Source of the DNA: Klebsormidium nitens
Lineage: Eukaryota; Plantae; Klebsormidiophyceae
Direction: 5' to 3'
Length of the DNA stretch: 64,000 nt
NCBI GenBank assembly: GCA_000708835.1
Contig: DF237152.1
Span: 2,938-66,937 of the forward strand
Part shown: positions 29,201 through 42,065 of the stretch, piece after piece
Numbering within the stretch: the first letter of the stretch is position 1
Layout: each line of letters opens with the position of its first letter
Translations under genes and position numbers: made by a program
Notes under the pieces: generated by a model
Told to the model about the DNA's origin: nothing
The model's database searches: none
The model's input: only the letters and a program-made list of their open reading frames with translations

Positions 29201-32027
29201 GGGAGGCCCGCTGGCTCTGATTCTCCGGGATAGATTATACAGGTTGTGAGAACCAGCTTTGGTTGACCCCAACGTTATACCCAAACGCCTTCCATCTCGA
29301 CAATAATGAGCAATCCAGAAACGTTCTTTCGTGAGTGTATTTTGCAGCGCAGCACAAGAGAAGCTTACTTGTTTGAGAAGAGGCCCTTGGCGGGCCCGCC
29401 ATTAGCCCAGGGGAGCGAGGAAGAAGTGCTGGCACCGTCTCGTGATCGACCGTCAGCACCCGCCGCTGAGAAGAGCTGCCGCCGACTTTGATGCGTTTTC
29501 AAGCTCTGCGGTTCAAGAGGGGATCAAGAGCGTTAAATTTGGTCTGCATTTTCGAAGAGTGTATGAGATTGCTCATTTCTCTGGAAACTAAGGGAATCTG
29601 GGTAAGAATATCGGAAGAATCTGCAGCGGTTGACGAGGTGACGTCCGGGTTTCTGGGGCATGTTTGTTGAGATGCAACATGGAACGGCTGATGTTTGAGC
29701 CTCCCAGCGTCCCCTTTCCAGGGGGATGCCTTGGTTCTTATGGATCCTGTCAAGTGGAGGGAAGCAAAGTGGCGGATTGGACGCAAGAACCTCAAGCTCC
29801 CATTCATACTTGAAACAAGATACCTCGACAGTCTCGGGTTCCTTAAATGTAACTAAGGTGCACTAGGCATACTCCACTACTCAGAACAAGCATGGTAGGG
29901 CATTGCACCGACGTACATTGGCTGCCCGCAAACGGCTGACTCTTACTAACAAGAGACGGGCTGACGAAGATTTTGTACAGCAGTTAACACAGAAGTTAAC
30001 ACACGATTTGACGAACCTAACATGGTGTTCTGCGGAGGCCTACGCCGTCACCTCCACCTTTTGTGATGCAAAAGCGCTCATTGAAAGATAGGTGAGGCAA
30101 TCTGCAATCACCGTAAGGCCAACACAAAGCCTCAAAGACAGCACCCCGTAGGCAGACAGTCGTCTTCCCCCCCTGATAAACGCAAGGTGATCTGAAAACC
30201 GCAAGGTGGGCTAATTAAGCAAAGTGATCTGATGAACGCCAGATCTCGCACAGCTCTCATTATTTCTAGAATCAGGATCGATGCTCGCTCACCTCCGTCC
30301 GCATCGTCAGCACGTCCTTGAACTTCTTGGTCTCCCCCATGAGCTTGCTCTTCAGGTTATCCACCACGGTTGCTGTGTGATCGCTGCTCTGCTTGCTGCT
30401 GCTCGCAGCCTGGTTCTGATTCGTGGACACAAACTGCAACTCTGTGATGGCCTGGTTCAGTGCGCTGATGTCCTGCTTGATCACCGCCGTCAGCTCCTGG
30501 ATCTCGAGCGCGGGGTCGTCGAACATGGACGTGCGTTTTGCTACTGCAGGGAGGGACAAGGGACACAAGGTTTGGAGTGTGTCAAAGTATTCGCTTTGAG
30601 GCTGGGTTTTCAAAAGCAACTCCATGCTTTTTAACATTGGAGACAAGAAAATCAGAAAAGTGAACTGCAACAGGCTGCTGCAAGAGGATAACGAGTAATA
30701 ACGGAATCTAAGATTGATTGGCTCCCGCAGGGAAAACAGATTGAATGAGGTTTTCTAATCATGTTCCAATGCTTCAAGGAGAAAATGCCTTGAATCAGAA
30801 GTGATAAACACTCAGAACCAGTACCCACAATCTAGCAGATAAGGACAAAATGACATTCATTGTTGTGGAAGAGGATCAAAGGGCACTTGAAGATGCGTTT
30901 GATTTCTGCAATAGTCAAATTCAAGAATGAATGCAATCACGGGGTTTTAATGTCCTCTGCAGAGCAAACGAAACCGAAAAAGCCGGAGCTGGAAACAAAA
31001 GAAGGCATGCACGAAGTCCGTTTGCTAGCGCAGGGGGTGAGAATTAAGAGAAATTCCTCAGAAACAACTTCTTAATATGGCACACGGCGAACTGGAATTG
31101 ATTCATTAGAAACTGATCGCCCATGTTGTCAAACACGGTGCAGAAAGCATGATGAGTTCTCAAAGGGGTCTCAGCGCCACAAGTGGCAATCAATCTGTTC
31201 AATGCTATCTATGTGTAAACCCCAGTTTAGCAGCTGCTGACAGAGGAAAGCCATTGGTGGGATGATTCTCAGCATCTCAACGCCTTGTTTGTTCTAATGA
31301 GCTTCAGCTCGCAATTGAGAATCAATCAAATACAATAGCTTGCCGGTCAGAGTAGTCGACACTTGCAATTGTAAAGGAAATGCATACCCCGCGAAGAAGA
31401 CAAGGTGTATGATGCAGAAGCACATGATAGCTAAAGTAAGTGGTAGGAGTAGGATCAACCCTAAAAGCACAAAGGAATCTGTAAAGCAACACTTCTTAAA
31501 GTAGCTTTAGCAACAGCAGATGGCAGGATGTTTCAACTTCTGTAATGATAAACTGGTTCAGCACATCAGCTTGACGCACCTGAACGCTCCCTGCTACAAA
31601 GGGCAGCATGAAAGACGCTGTGGAACCTTTTCATTAGTGTTTCTGCGGAGTAACCACCGAATAAAGTAGAGCACCAAAATGGCACTGCACATCGGCATAC
31701 CTAATCAGATCTCTCCAAGAGGAAGACAATGTTTGAGGCTTCAGGCACAGACTTACACTTGGCCAACTTTGCAAGCTTCTGAGAGGTCTGGTGTATCGAC
31801 AGTCCAATGGAAGAAGCTCGTCTGCTGAACTCTGACTGCATAACTGACGCCTGCTGTGGGCCCTGCCCCCATGACGGAGCCTGCGCGTGTCCGTTTGCAT
31901 GTGGTTCGTAAGTAGAACCAGATGTGCTGGGCCCCGACCCAACCCCCTGGACCTTTTTCAACCTTTCTGCGGTGGAAAAGAGCTCTGCTGTTCTGTCCCT
32001 ATATGATGCGGTGCCTAAACCTGCCAT
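26299..32027 (-). CDS. SYP32: Golgi syntaxin SYP32/Sed5/STX5, 340 aa, 5 exons
   Basis: Exons 32027-31757, 30543-30293, 29505-29369, 27837-27634, 26458-26299 join in frame. N-terminal YRDRTAEL motif, AKRTSMFDDPALEIQELT, SNARE RAEALHSVESTIVELG..., C-terminal TM ending SSNRWLIIKIFFVLIVFLIIFVVFVA. Confidence 0.95.
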
Positions 32028-33064
32028 GCCCCCCTTCCCCAAACCTGAAGAGGACCCTTCGCCTCAATCCTTTTTGTGACTTCCCGGCCTTTGCTGGCAG
32101 CGCTGTCAGCGCTCAGTGCAATTGGAGCTCTAATTTGCAATGCTTTAACGGACTCTTCAAATTAGTAGAGAAGACCGGCCGACCTGCTGGCCCTTGTTGG
32201 GGCCGTATCTCTCGCAATGAACTTCCTATCAGGAGTGTCAATGCTGCGACGCCACAACTGACAACATTGTGCCGCTCACAGGAAGGCTCCCTCACTGAGA
32301 GTAAACCCGAGAAGGATGCTTGATCATCCACTCAACACCAATCAGCTTCTAAACCCCTTTCACTGCCCCCCTTGATCTTTCTCGCCCGCACAATGTCAGT
32401 AACGTCTGATGCGCTTGGATCTCAGGTAAAAAGATGCGAGAGAAACCGCAAGGTGACAGATCTGTATGCTAGGAACACGGCTACCGTATTATATGGCAGC
32501 TGCCAAGCCACAAGCGCATGATGCAGAAGAGAGAACGTTGCTGCCACAGATGCGCCCCCCTCACGAATGGTCACCTCATGAATGGAAACGTTCTTGCCAT
32601 GATTGCTTGCACGTCCTGGCAGCGGATTATAAAGAGGGGTCGCCTTGCCTTGCGGAAGCTCCTTCGACGCCGAAGCTTTGGCACAATGTATCTCAAACTG
32701 GTGGATCATCGCCGTCGAAGATGTTGTTTTGAGGCCGTCTGCCGTGGGCTCATGGTGGCTGCTCAAACCCTAAACTTGCTCTGAAGCAAGGGCGCCACAT
32801 TTGTTAATTGAGCTGTCTTTCCATGGCTGCCGCTTCTGCCTCACAACGCCAGTGGGCCTCATAACGCCAGAGGGAAGGGAGACTCCGTGTCTGCTTTGCC
32901 GCCAGCATCTATTTCTCAGTACGCAGATTTCGCCTTGAAATCCAGTCTTCGTTAGGTCTCTGGACAGAACAGGCGCCTCATTTCCGATTGAAGAGAGGGA
33001 GAGGAAACCGCAAGGCAAGAATGTGAGATGCGGCGAAGGCTGTTGTGCTTCTGACGTCCTGAGC

Positions 33065-36000
33065 ATGTCAATGGGGCGGGGAGGCATGGGAGAGGTTGGC
33101 ATGTGGCCCGCATCTGATGATGCCTGGAGCGAGTCAATCCAGAAACTGGAGAAGATCTCTGTTCGAGACCCAGAGTCCCTCACCGTAGGTAGTCGGAAAA
33201 ATGGTCAGCATGCCGGGAAGGCCAAGTCTCGCGGCCCGGGTACTTGGTCGCCGGATGGGATGTGGTCCCCTCCCCCAGAAAGAGACTTAGAGCAGTCTAG
33301 GCCATCCACTGCGGGGTCCTCCAGATCAGGGATGTTCTCTCCCGGCAGGACGAAAAGCGATCTCCTGGAGACGCACACAATACATGAAGTCAGCAATCTT
33401 GACACACTTGCAGGCATTGCAATCAAGTATGGGGTCCAGGTATGTCTCTCAAGCGCATCTGCTCAAACTTGAGTCATTCTTGGTCTGGTTGTTGTGAGCG
33501 GGGAGTGCTTCAGCCCAGGCTGTTTGCAAGTTTATGTCTAAGTCACCCAGAGAGCTTCATGCATGATCTGCATGTAAATCAAAGCACGATGTAACGCTTC
33601 TGCTTACCTGGGTTTTCGGGCTTGCTCTAGAGAGTTGCTTAGCAATGCACCTGCCACATGTGGCATATGAATCTTGGATAAGATACTGACAGCTTAAGAA
33701 TGTGAGACAGCAACAGCCGGGGAGTGGGTTCAGAGGCTGATGTAAGAGACTCACTGACTGTAACATGATACATGTTAAGGAAGCAACTCAACATAGTATC
33801 GCCATATCCCCAGTGAGGAGAGCAACATGTACTGCGACTGCCCCTGCTTCGACGTTCCTGATCCATTCTATGTCCATTCAAGAGCAGACCACTGCCGCAT
33901 GTTTGCAGGTAGAGGACGTTAAGCGACTCAACGGCCTCATCACGGATGCCGCCATGTTTGCAAGAAAAACCCTGAGAATACCACCACCAAGATTCGAAAC
34001 CCCTTCTGAAAGCCCCAGGTGAGCCTAGCTCCTTCTTTGTGCATTTAAGCTCTGATTTGCAGCAGCCAGATCCTAACTTTAGCTCCTCAGGGAAAATTGT
34101 CTACTGGATCAGCTGAATGCAAGTCCAGTTTCCATGTGACCAGCAGTAAGTTTTGAAAGCAAAAGAACGCCAGGAAGAAATTGAGCTTGCTATTGGCGCT
34201 GTGCGCCACAGATTGCAAGACGGCTGCTATAAGCGGGAGTTCATTTGAAGTACAGTAGACACTTTCTCAAGCTTTGCGGATATTGTCGTTCTTTCCAGAC
34301 TGAGATTAGAGCTAGCTGGCATGTCGTGAAAAGTCTTCAAAGCTGACACAAGCACGTTCCCTTTGTCTTTCTTTTGAGTAGAGAAAGGTCTCTCCATCTG
34401 ATCCAGCGGTCAAGTTTGAATAATCCTGTTCACCACAGTCCTTGAAGATACTCCCGGAGTTGACATAATAGAATCGCTGGTCGCCACTCAAACTCATGAT
34501 GTACTCCCTTTTTCGAAAAGCCACGCTCCTGCTGACCCAGCTTTCAGCATAACTCTTGAGCCACCTTCAAGTACAAATACCCTCATGTTTTGCTCCCTAT
34601 TTTCCCCATTTTCTCCCTGTTTTTTCCATTGCTGAGCTTCCTCGCTGATTGCATCTGAAGCAAATCCCTGTTTGCAGCCACTCTGCTTCGACCTCACGTC
34701 GTCCAAGCAGCACTGGGGAGTCGCCCTTTCCCCCCCGCCCCCACCCCAAGAAGAGCATGACCCCCGCCATGTCGTCATTGCGGGGCTACTACGGCATCGC
34801 CAGCCCCGAAAAGAGGCGCGGGGGGAAGCTGAAGCGCAACTCCGAGGGGGAGGGCATGGAAATGTACACATATCACAGCAACACCGCGAGCGAAGATGAA
34901 CAGAGCGCGACCACGAGCCCCGTATCGAGGAGGGCGTTTTCGGATGGCGGGCGCAGGTCCAGCAGGTGCGGTGATCGGGGCCGTAGAGCTTGTTATTCGA
35001 AACAGGGGTGATTGGTGTTTGACTAATGGGCTCGGACCTCGTTCATCTACATCGTTCATCTACATCGTTCATCTACATCGGCTGCGGGGTGACTTGCATG
35101 GCAGTTGCTATGAGCTTGCTTATTCTGTCGCTTCGTCCGTAAAGAATTTTTTGGTCCTGTATATTGCTCTGTTTCAAATGTAAGGCGGCAGGCCACGAAG
35201 CCAGCGAAGAATATGAAGACTCACCTGTCAGGCCTTTGACTGTATTATGCTTTCTTTCTCGAATTTTGAACGTCTGGCGCTCTTGTCTTGAGCCTCGATG
35301 CAACTCCCAAAAGTAATATGGCACCTCTCTATCGCACGCCCCTTCTCTGCATCCTTCTGAGTGACCTTAGGGGTTGCGCCCTGCAGAACTTGTGCTTTGC
35401 GAGCGTACAAGAAGAAGTAGAGTCGTCTCTAGTTTTGAATCACGCACGAATGAAATACCTCAGTTGCAGAACAGCTAGTAACAAGCTCTCGGCGTCTCCT
35501 TTCTCTCCATAAGCAGGTGGACAATGGAGGACGACGACCACGTATGGGACGACTGGGCCAATAAGACGAGCACGCGGCGAGCTGGCACAAGCGCTTCCAA
35601 CAACATCCTACCGACGAGTTCCACTGTGAGCTCCTCAGCCGGGGCAGACCTTCTGTCATCAATCTACGGGATTGGCGAGGAGGAGATAGAAGATGGAGGC
35701 AGCAAAACGGCTAATGCAAATGGGGCAGGGAGGTGGGGTACCAGCGAGATTGAGGAAATCGACCTAACGGATGACACCGCTGAGAACGCCAAGGTGGGGA
35801 GCATCTCTTTGGTGGTTCTTAATGTCGAGTGCGTTCCGAATCTGATGGGCGCGCTCCAGAGGTTAATTGCTCTGTGTTGACGGACACTAAGCAGTTGACC
35901 TCTGGAGGCTCGCGTTTGTTAAGCTTTCAGTCTAATCGTATCAATCCTTAGAGAGTCTCTGGCAGCTCGTTGGCATCGCGGATCGTTGATGGTCATGAGT

Positions 36001-37256
36001 CCGGTGAAGAAGCGGCAGTCTTCGAGATCTCGTCATTAAAATCTGCAGACATTGTTCCGATATAACCTGCCTGATGTTTCAAGGAAACGACGGTGCTAGT
36101 TGTGCAGCGGCTTGGCCCCGAACCACCGCTTTCTGGAAGCTGGTCTAAGCTTTCTTTCCGGCAATAGCCTTCAACTCGTAGCTCACGGGCCTTTGACTGG
36201 GAACGAATGGCCAAATCATGACGTGTTCAAACGGCTTGTCGGCTCACATACCCACCCTAAACTCCCAAACGAAACCTCACCCGTCCCCCGGACATGAAGT
36301 ATCTCAAGATAATAAAAGCGAGACTACTCCGAAACAACCGTTGTCGCTAAACGGTTCTTTCGGTTCTTTCGGTTCCAACGTTTACTTTCGTCAGAAGGAG
36401 AAAGTGTTTGGGCTGCCGAAAATGTCAAGAACATAGTTCAAGCAGTAATGTCAAGGACATAGTTCGAGCAGTAACGGATCAGATTGGCAATCGTAGCAGG
36501 TAGCACGCGTATTGCTGTATCTCCTGAAACGTCTCAGGAAATGATCATTCGGCGTCGAACGTCTCCTCCTTCTCGTCCACCTTACCGGCTGGAGAAGGAG
36601 GCTCTTCTAAGCACGAAAAGCCGCCTTTCAAGACCAGAAGAATTGTGCTTCTGTCTTTCATTCCGCTCCTCTCAAGACAATTGCCCCATCGAGCAAGGGA
36701 GCCTGTATCTTTGCCTTCGACACGGATTCAGCGGTCAAAAGGCGTCGACTGCCTTTCGCTCGTTGAAGAATAGCGAACTCAGTCGACTGCACTTCGGCTT
36801 TTGCAGGAAACTCTGTTGGACAGTTCAGGGCCCAGGAAGCGAGGCGCCAATGGCGCCAACTCTCTCGCGGACTCGTCGTCTCTTGGCAGCTCATCTAACG
36901 GCCGAGGGGCGCTGCCCACTAGGGGCCCGACGCCGCGCAACCGGTCCTCAGCCGGGGGGTCATCCGGCGGGGCAGCGACCCCCCCCCTGGCAGGAGGCCG
37001 GTCCGCTTCGAAATTGCAAGCTCCCCTCAGGCCCGTCGCAGGTGGTCCTAACGTCACGGAAATAGTGGCCGGGTTGAGTAAGGGCAAGATTGTTATTCCG
37101 GATTCGTTGATGTCGAAAGTACGCCGGTCGTCGAGCGCTTCGTCACTAGGAGAAGAAGACAGCGCTGGCCGGCTTGCAAACAAAGGGCCCAGCTTTGGAA
37201 GCGTTGGGGATCTGCTCACGGGGGCGGTGGTGAAGCGGAAGGCAGCTAAAGATTGA
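33065..37256 (+). CDS. Plant-type LysM domain protein (At5g08200/At5g23130-like), ~499 aa, 5 exons
   Basis: Exons 33065-33439, 33909-34018, 34678-34965, 35517-35793, 36807-37256 join in frame. LysM core HEVSNLDTLAGIAIKYGVQVEDVKRLNGL...TLRIP. Family-like motifs AMSSLRGYYG, EGMEM, VRRSSSASSL, C-terminal KAAKD. The start ATG is one of four candidates. Confidence 0.85.
35040..35078 (+). repeat. 13 bp tandem repeat CGTTCATCTACAT x3 (LysM intron 3)
   Basis: Three perfect copies read directly. Confidence 0.9.
36421..36472 (+). repeat. 26 bp tandem duplication (LysM intron 4)
   Basis: AATGTCAAGAACATAGTTCAAGCAGT followed by AATGTCAAGGACATAGTTCGAGCAGT (2 mismatches). Confidence 0.85.
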
Positions 37257-38849
37257 TGACAGGTCGCTGTGTTGAGCCCCTATTGAAAGAGTGTATGAAC
37301 GGACCGGTACAGCACGAGTTGGATCTGAGATGCTTTCAAAGCTAGAGCTCGCGAGAACAGGTTTGACCGGTGGATCACTAGGAAATATACAAGTATAGTA
37401 GAAAGGCGCTGTACGTGTACTCTAGGCTTCTGTGAACGGCATCTTCAAGTGAACAATTAAAGATTCGAAGCAAGCAAAATGCTTGATGCATGTGGACTAT
37501 CCGGCCTTGCCGCGGACGACTGCAATCTGGTGCAGGGTGGCTGCGACCATTGCAACAAATCGAAGCTGGTTTTACATGTAAGCTGCGTAAACTGGGCAGC
37601 CTGTTGTTGCGCCGTCTGTGGTTGCATTCAATGGTGGAGCGTCATGAATTCATACCTCATGAGGATTGGACGATGGGTACGTAGTCGCAGATGGTGTGAA
37701 CCGGCTGAAACGGCTTGGTAAGTACCTCCTATATAGCTAGCTACGAAGCCAGTAATGCATCTGAAACATACTTCGAATTGTGATCACTTGTGCTGAATTA
37801 GTGGACACTTCAGCACAGGCCCGCTGACGGTTGTGAGCCTGGTACTGCGCACAATCCCCTTTCAATCCCTATAAAGCACGCGCTCCACAATGTATACTTG
37901 CATCATTATACCGCGGATATTGATGTATCCAATCGGTATACTACTTCGAGAAAGTCTGTTGATAACGCGTGCCTGTACCGCGTCACGTACGGGGCCACTT
38001 TTCCCTTTGCGCGCCAAAGTTACGAGCTAAGTTCACCCGTCTGCAGGGTTTAATGTGGCTCCTTGAGGCGACATTAAGTACTCCTTCATGCAATATTACA
38101 AGTCAACCTTCTTTGATGCACACTGCAAAGCGCAGCGCGCGCAGTGGACTACTGAAGACGACAACTGATCGATTGGCTGCGATATGTCTGTGGCACTCGG
38201 AACGAAAACATCAGAGTGGCATTTGATCATTTGCTCATGCGAAAATATCTTAGTCGTCCTCGATTTCATCAGACTTCGAATCAACGGTTGATTCGCGACA
38301 AAGTGTCAGTGATCGCATCTACTCTCCGACAATTGAATAGCCTAGGATAAGCCGCTTTAATTTGGGCCTCCGCCCAGCAGTTATGCTCAGGGTCCGTCAA
38401 TTACTATCTTGAAGTTGTGGAGCTGTGGGGTCTTTTCATCGAAGTATGTCAGATCTGGCGCCTCGAGTCGTCTCTAGGATCTGCCGACTTGAAGCGCTTT
38501 TCCGCTGCAATGTCACGAAGACGAACCTGGACGATCAGATTCTTCTGCATGCGCATACTTCGGTACAGTGCTCGACACAGAGACACCTTCGTACTTGATC
38601 AAACCTGGGAGCTTGCTGCCCTCAAGAATTGGAAGGAAAGAGGACGCAGTCGCTCAGAAGGCCGCTGGTTCAGGCTAGTGGCTGCGAATAGGTTGCGCAG
38701 TTGGCTCGGAGTATCTGGCAGTACAGACGGCGGAATGAGTGTGTCGTGTGAAGAGGCCGTGTAAAGGTTGAACCTGCTGCAAGGTCTCTTTGGTGGTGGG
38801 CGCTAAGACCCCCTCATTTCGGCTGGTCTGTAGTAGTTTGATAAAACTG

Positions 38850-40742
38850 ATGGAGGGTCCAAAGGAGGTAGAAGTGAAGTGGAAGGAGTGTTCTCGATCT
38901 TCTCGAGAGGTCCTAGAGATGATTGCCGAGTATGAGCAGGCAACCTTTGACCTTGCGAAGCCAGAGGAGTCTGACTGGGTTCAAATGATTCTGAAGGACG
39001 CGACGTGTGGAGACCTGGAGACAAGCGTGTGCGCATTTGGGAGGTTTGTAAACATCTTCTCAAAGCTGGTGCATGAGCAGGGAAAGGCTAAGGCTGCGGA
39101 AACTGCCTCGTATATCCTGCAAAGAGGATTTGCTAAAGAGCTGCATGCGGGCCTGAAGGACGCAAGATCGTCTGGAGCATGGTTTCTCCTTCCAAAATCG
39201 GACCGCACAGGCGTCAAATTCTTGCTCAGCAGAGTAGAGGCCTACGCATCAGTACTTGGACTTTTGACGGTGGATGAGAGAACCGCCAGCTTCTTCTTGA
39301 AGGAAATGGAAGCCCTGTTGGTGCTGCTGGAAGGCCTCTTTTACCAAGCGGCCCATCCATCGCTGGCAAAGCTGACGCAATCCATTGGTGTGGACCAAGA
39401 TCCCGCAACAGATGCACGCAGAGCAATCATCAGAGCAATCTCTGCATTGATTGAGTGGTCAAAGAGAGCGCAGAGGTTCATGATCAAAAGGAGGTCATTG
39501 TATCTGGACATGATAAGAGAGATCGCGAAGATGCACCAAAGCGGTAATCCCAGCGAAACGGACTATCTTACGGTGATAAATTACGGGCTGGTACTTTTCG
39601 GGAAATTGCATGGAGTCTACTCAGCGTCCGAGCAGAAAAGCATGCTGGACGAGGTCCTTCATTTGGTTGCGACTACCCTTATGCAGTCCGATTGTGCTCC
39701 CGTTCTCCAGAATTGCCTTGTCAGCTTGCGAAAAATAATTGATCAAGAAGAGGTCTGCTCGCATCTCAGAAGCTACAAAGGACTACCAGAAAGCTTCGCC
39801 GCAATTGCTGCCTGTACCGCATACTCCAGCCCCGGGATTCGGGGCATCGCGGCTTTCTATGCTTTTGCACTTCAGGTTGAGATTAACCTCCCTGCGGAGC
39901 TCTGTCCCGACTCAGAAACCTTAACAGAAGAGCAGGGTATAGAGCTCTGCGAGATGCTTGCGGAGCATAACCCCACAATCAAGAGCAGAGTGGAAAGGAT
40001 CGCCGCTGCTGCAAAAAGTCCCATCTGCAAAAACACTCCCCTCTCGAAGCGAAAGTGTTCCAGTCCGGCCTGCGACAAGATCGAGCCAGAATCGGAGAGG
40101 TTTAAGGTGTGTCGCGGCTGCTTACTCGAGATCTACTGCAGTGCAGGTAAGTTGCACTACCAATCTCACTTCGTGAGCCGACACTCGATCCAGTGACTTT
40201 GCTATGATTTCGTTGAAAGTATCTGACTTTCGTGTCTGCTCCAGCGGAGCAGTTTTCGAGTCGCTCAAGTGCGATCCTTGTTAAAGCTCTGCATGACATT
40301 TTACCGTTGGCTTTTGTGGATCGAAGTCAACTGTGCATCTAAGTTACAATTGTATCTTGTCGCAGACTGTCAAAAAGTTGCTTGGAAAGCTGGTCACAAA
40401 GGAATGTGCCCAAGGAGGGACCGGCGGCCTGCAAAGAAAGGTAAGCGGCTCTGAGAAGTGTTCAGTCGCGTGCCGTCAATCCGTAGTGCCCAATTGACAT
40501 CGGCTGGCCTACACGATGACATTTTGAAAGACAATTTGTACGCGAGAAGTTCTCTAAGAACCTCGAGAGCTGATCAAAGGGGATGCTTTAATCAACAAAG
40601 AGAGAGAAGGTGCATCTTTCGACAAGCAGAGGTGTACGGTCTGATCGAACGGACTGGAAAGGATTCGTTCTTGCAGGACTAGAAAGAATGATTGAGCCAA
40701 TGAATGTGACTCATCGGAGCGTTTTTCCTTTCTGCAGGGTAA
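38850..40742 (+). CDS. Helical domain + MYND zinc finger protein, paralog 2 (458 aa)
   Basis: Exons 38850-40146, 40366-40440, 40738-40742. The MYND CSSPACDKIEPESERFKVCRGCLLEIYCSA|DCQKVAWKAGHKGMC is split by a phase-1 intron at the same site as in paralogs 1 and 3. Confidence 0.85.
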
Positions 40743-42065
40743 AGCCCCGGGCGTCAAAGCCCGCCACTAAGCATCTCTCAAATAGAATAGTACTGTTTGC
40801 GAGAACCTCGACGGTCCGAAAGCGCGCTCGATTTCGTGCCTGGCTTCCATCTTATCGGCAGAAGAGCCAGATGCTGCAATATAATCCGATGATTTGGCAT
40901 GTCTTGAAATTGATTCACCTAGCGTGACTCATTGACGCTGCTCTGCCTTTCAAGGGGTCCTTCTTGGCTCGGATGACGCCTGTCTCCGAACCAATGTGAA
41001 GCTCTATCAACGTGTCGTTTGTCGTGCTAGCATATTCCATTCCAGACTTCCTGTATCTTTCAAGGTCCTTGTATGCGTTGGGTCAATCTCAGGACTATCT
41101 CTCATCGGATCAGATACTATATACTTTTTGACCGGCTACATGCTTCGATTGCGCCATGTGGGTCACAAATTTGGCATCATTCCTGCACCCCGCGGTGCCA
41201 TGTTCGGCTGCACAACTATGAAACCATGCACCCGTTTGCAGTCAGATTACAATATGGAAAGATGGTCGAAGGTGCGAGGAAGCGCCGCCGCGTAGCATGT
41301 AAGCCTGCAAGGTTCAAAATGTTTTTGAGTGGTGCTGATCTTAATAAAGGCCTCTGAAAGCAACAATAACCATCTAAGCAGCTGGTCGGTCTTGGTGTAC
41401 AAAACAGGACGTAGGTCTGTAAGTTTGCAAGTTTCAACGATGATGTTATGACAAAACAGACTCGTCGTGTCGATCGACTAGTGCCAGGCCGAGACCGGTA
41501 CAGAGTCGTTGCGCCTCACCCTGCGCAAATTGGAGAGTCGTCCACAGTAAGAGCTTAAATCATACCCTCGTCTCAAAGACACATGCAGCATCTTAGCTTG
41601 CCCTAGGTATGGACCCTACAGTAGAAACGCTTTGGCCGGGACTCACATCAGATCTTCAAGATTGCGAGTCCCTATCGTCAAAACTTGGTCAGACCGACGC
41701 CTCGAGTCTTCGATGCTTACATATAGTAGTATTCGCATGTCACCGACATTGGTCCTGGGAGACTGGAAGACATGCATGCACATACCAAGGTCCAGTGCTC
41801 AGAAAGATGGCTGTTCAAAGATATCTGGCGCAGCTTGCTGCTTTCGGCTGTAAGACTTGGCAAGAAAGAAGGACGGGATCGATCAGAAGGCCGCTGCTTC
41901 AAGGGCAGGACCACTCCCTGCAAACGTCCCGCGCTCTAGCATTGCAGGTGGCGTTTTAGCTGCGTCGGCCCTGTGAAGACGCTGAGTCTCCTGCGAGGGT
42001 TTTTTTTGTAGACATAGCGGGCAAACATTGGGACCCCCTCAATCCAGCTCCAGTCAACAGGACAC

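Noticed and set aside
31149-31240. Box C/D snoRNA-like ATGATGA...CTGA
   Set aside because: Antisense to the host SYP32 intron, no terminal stem, and no recognisable rRNA guide.
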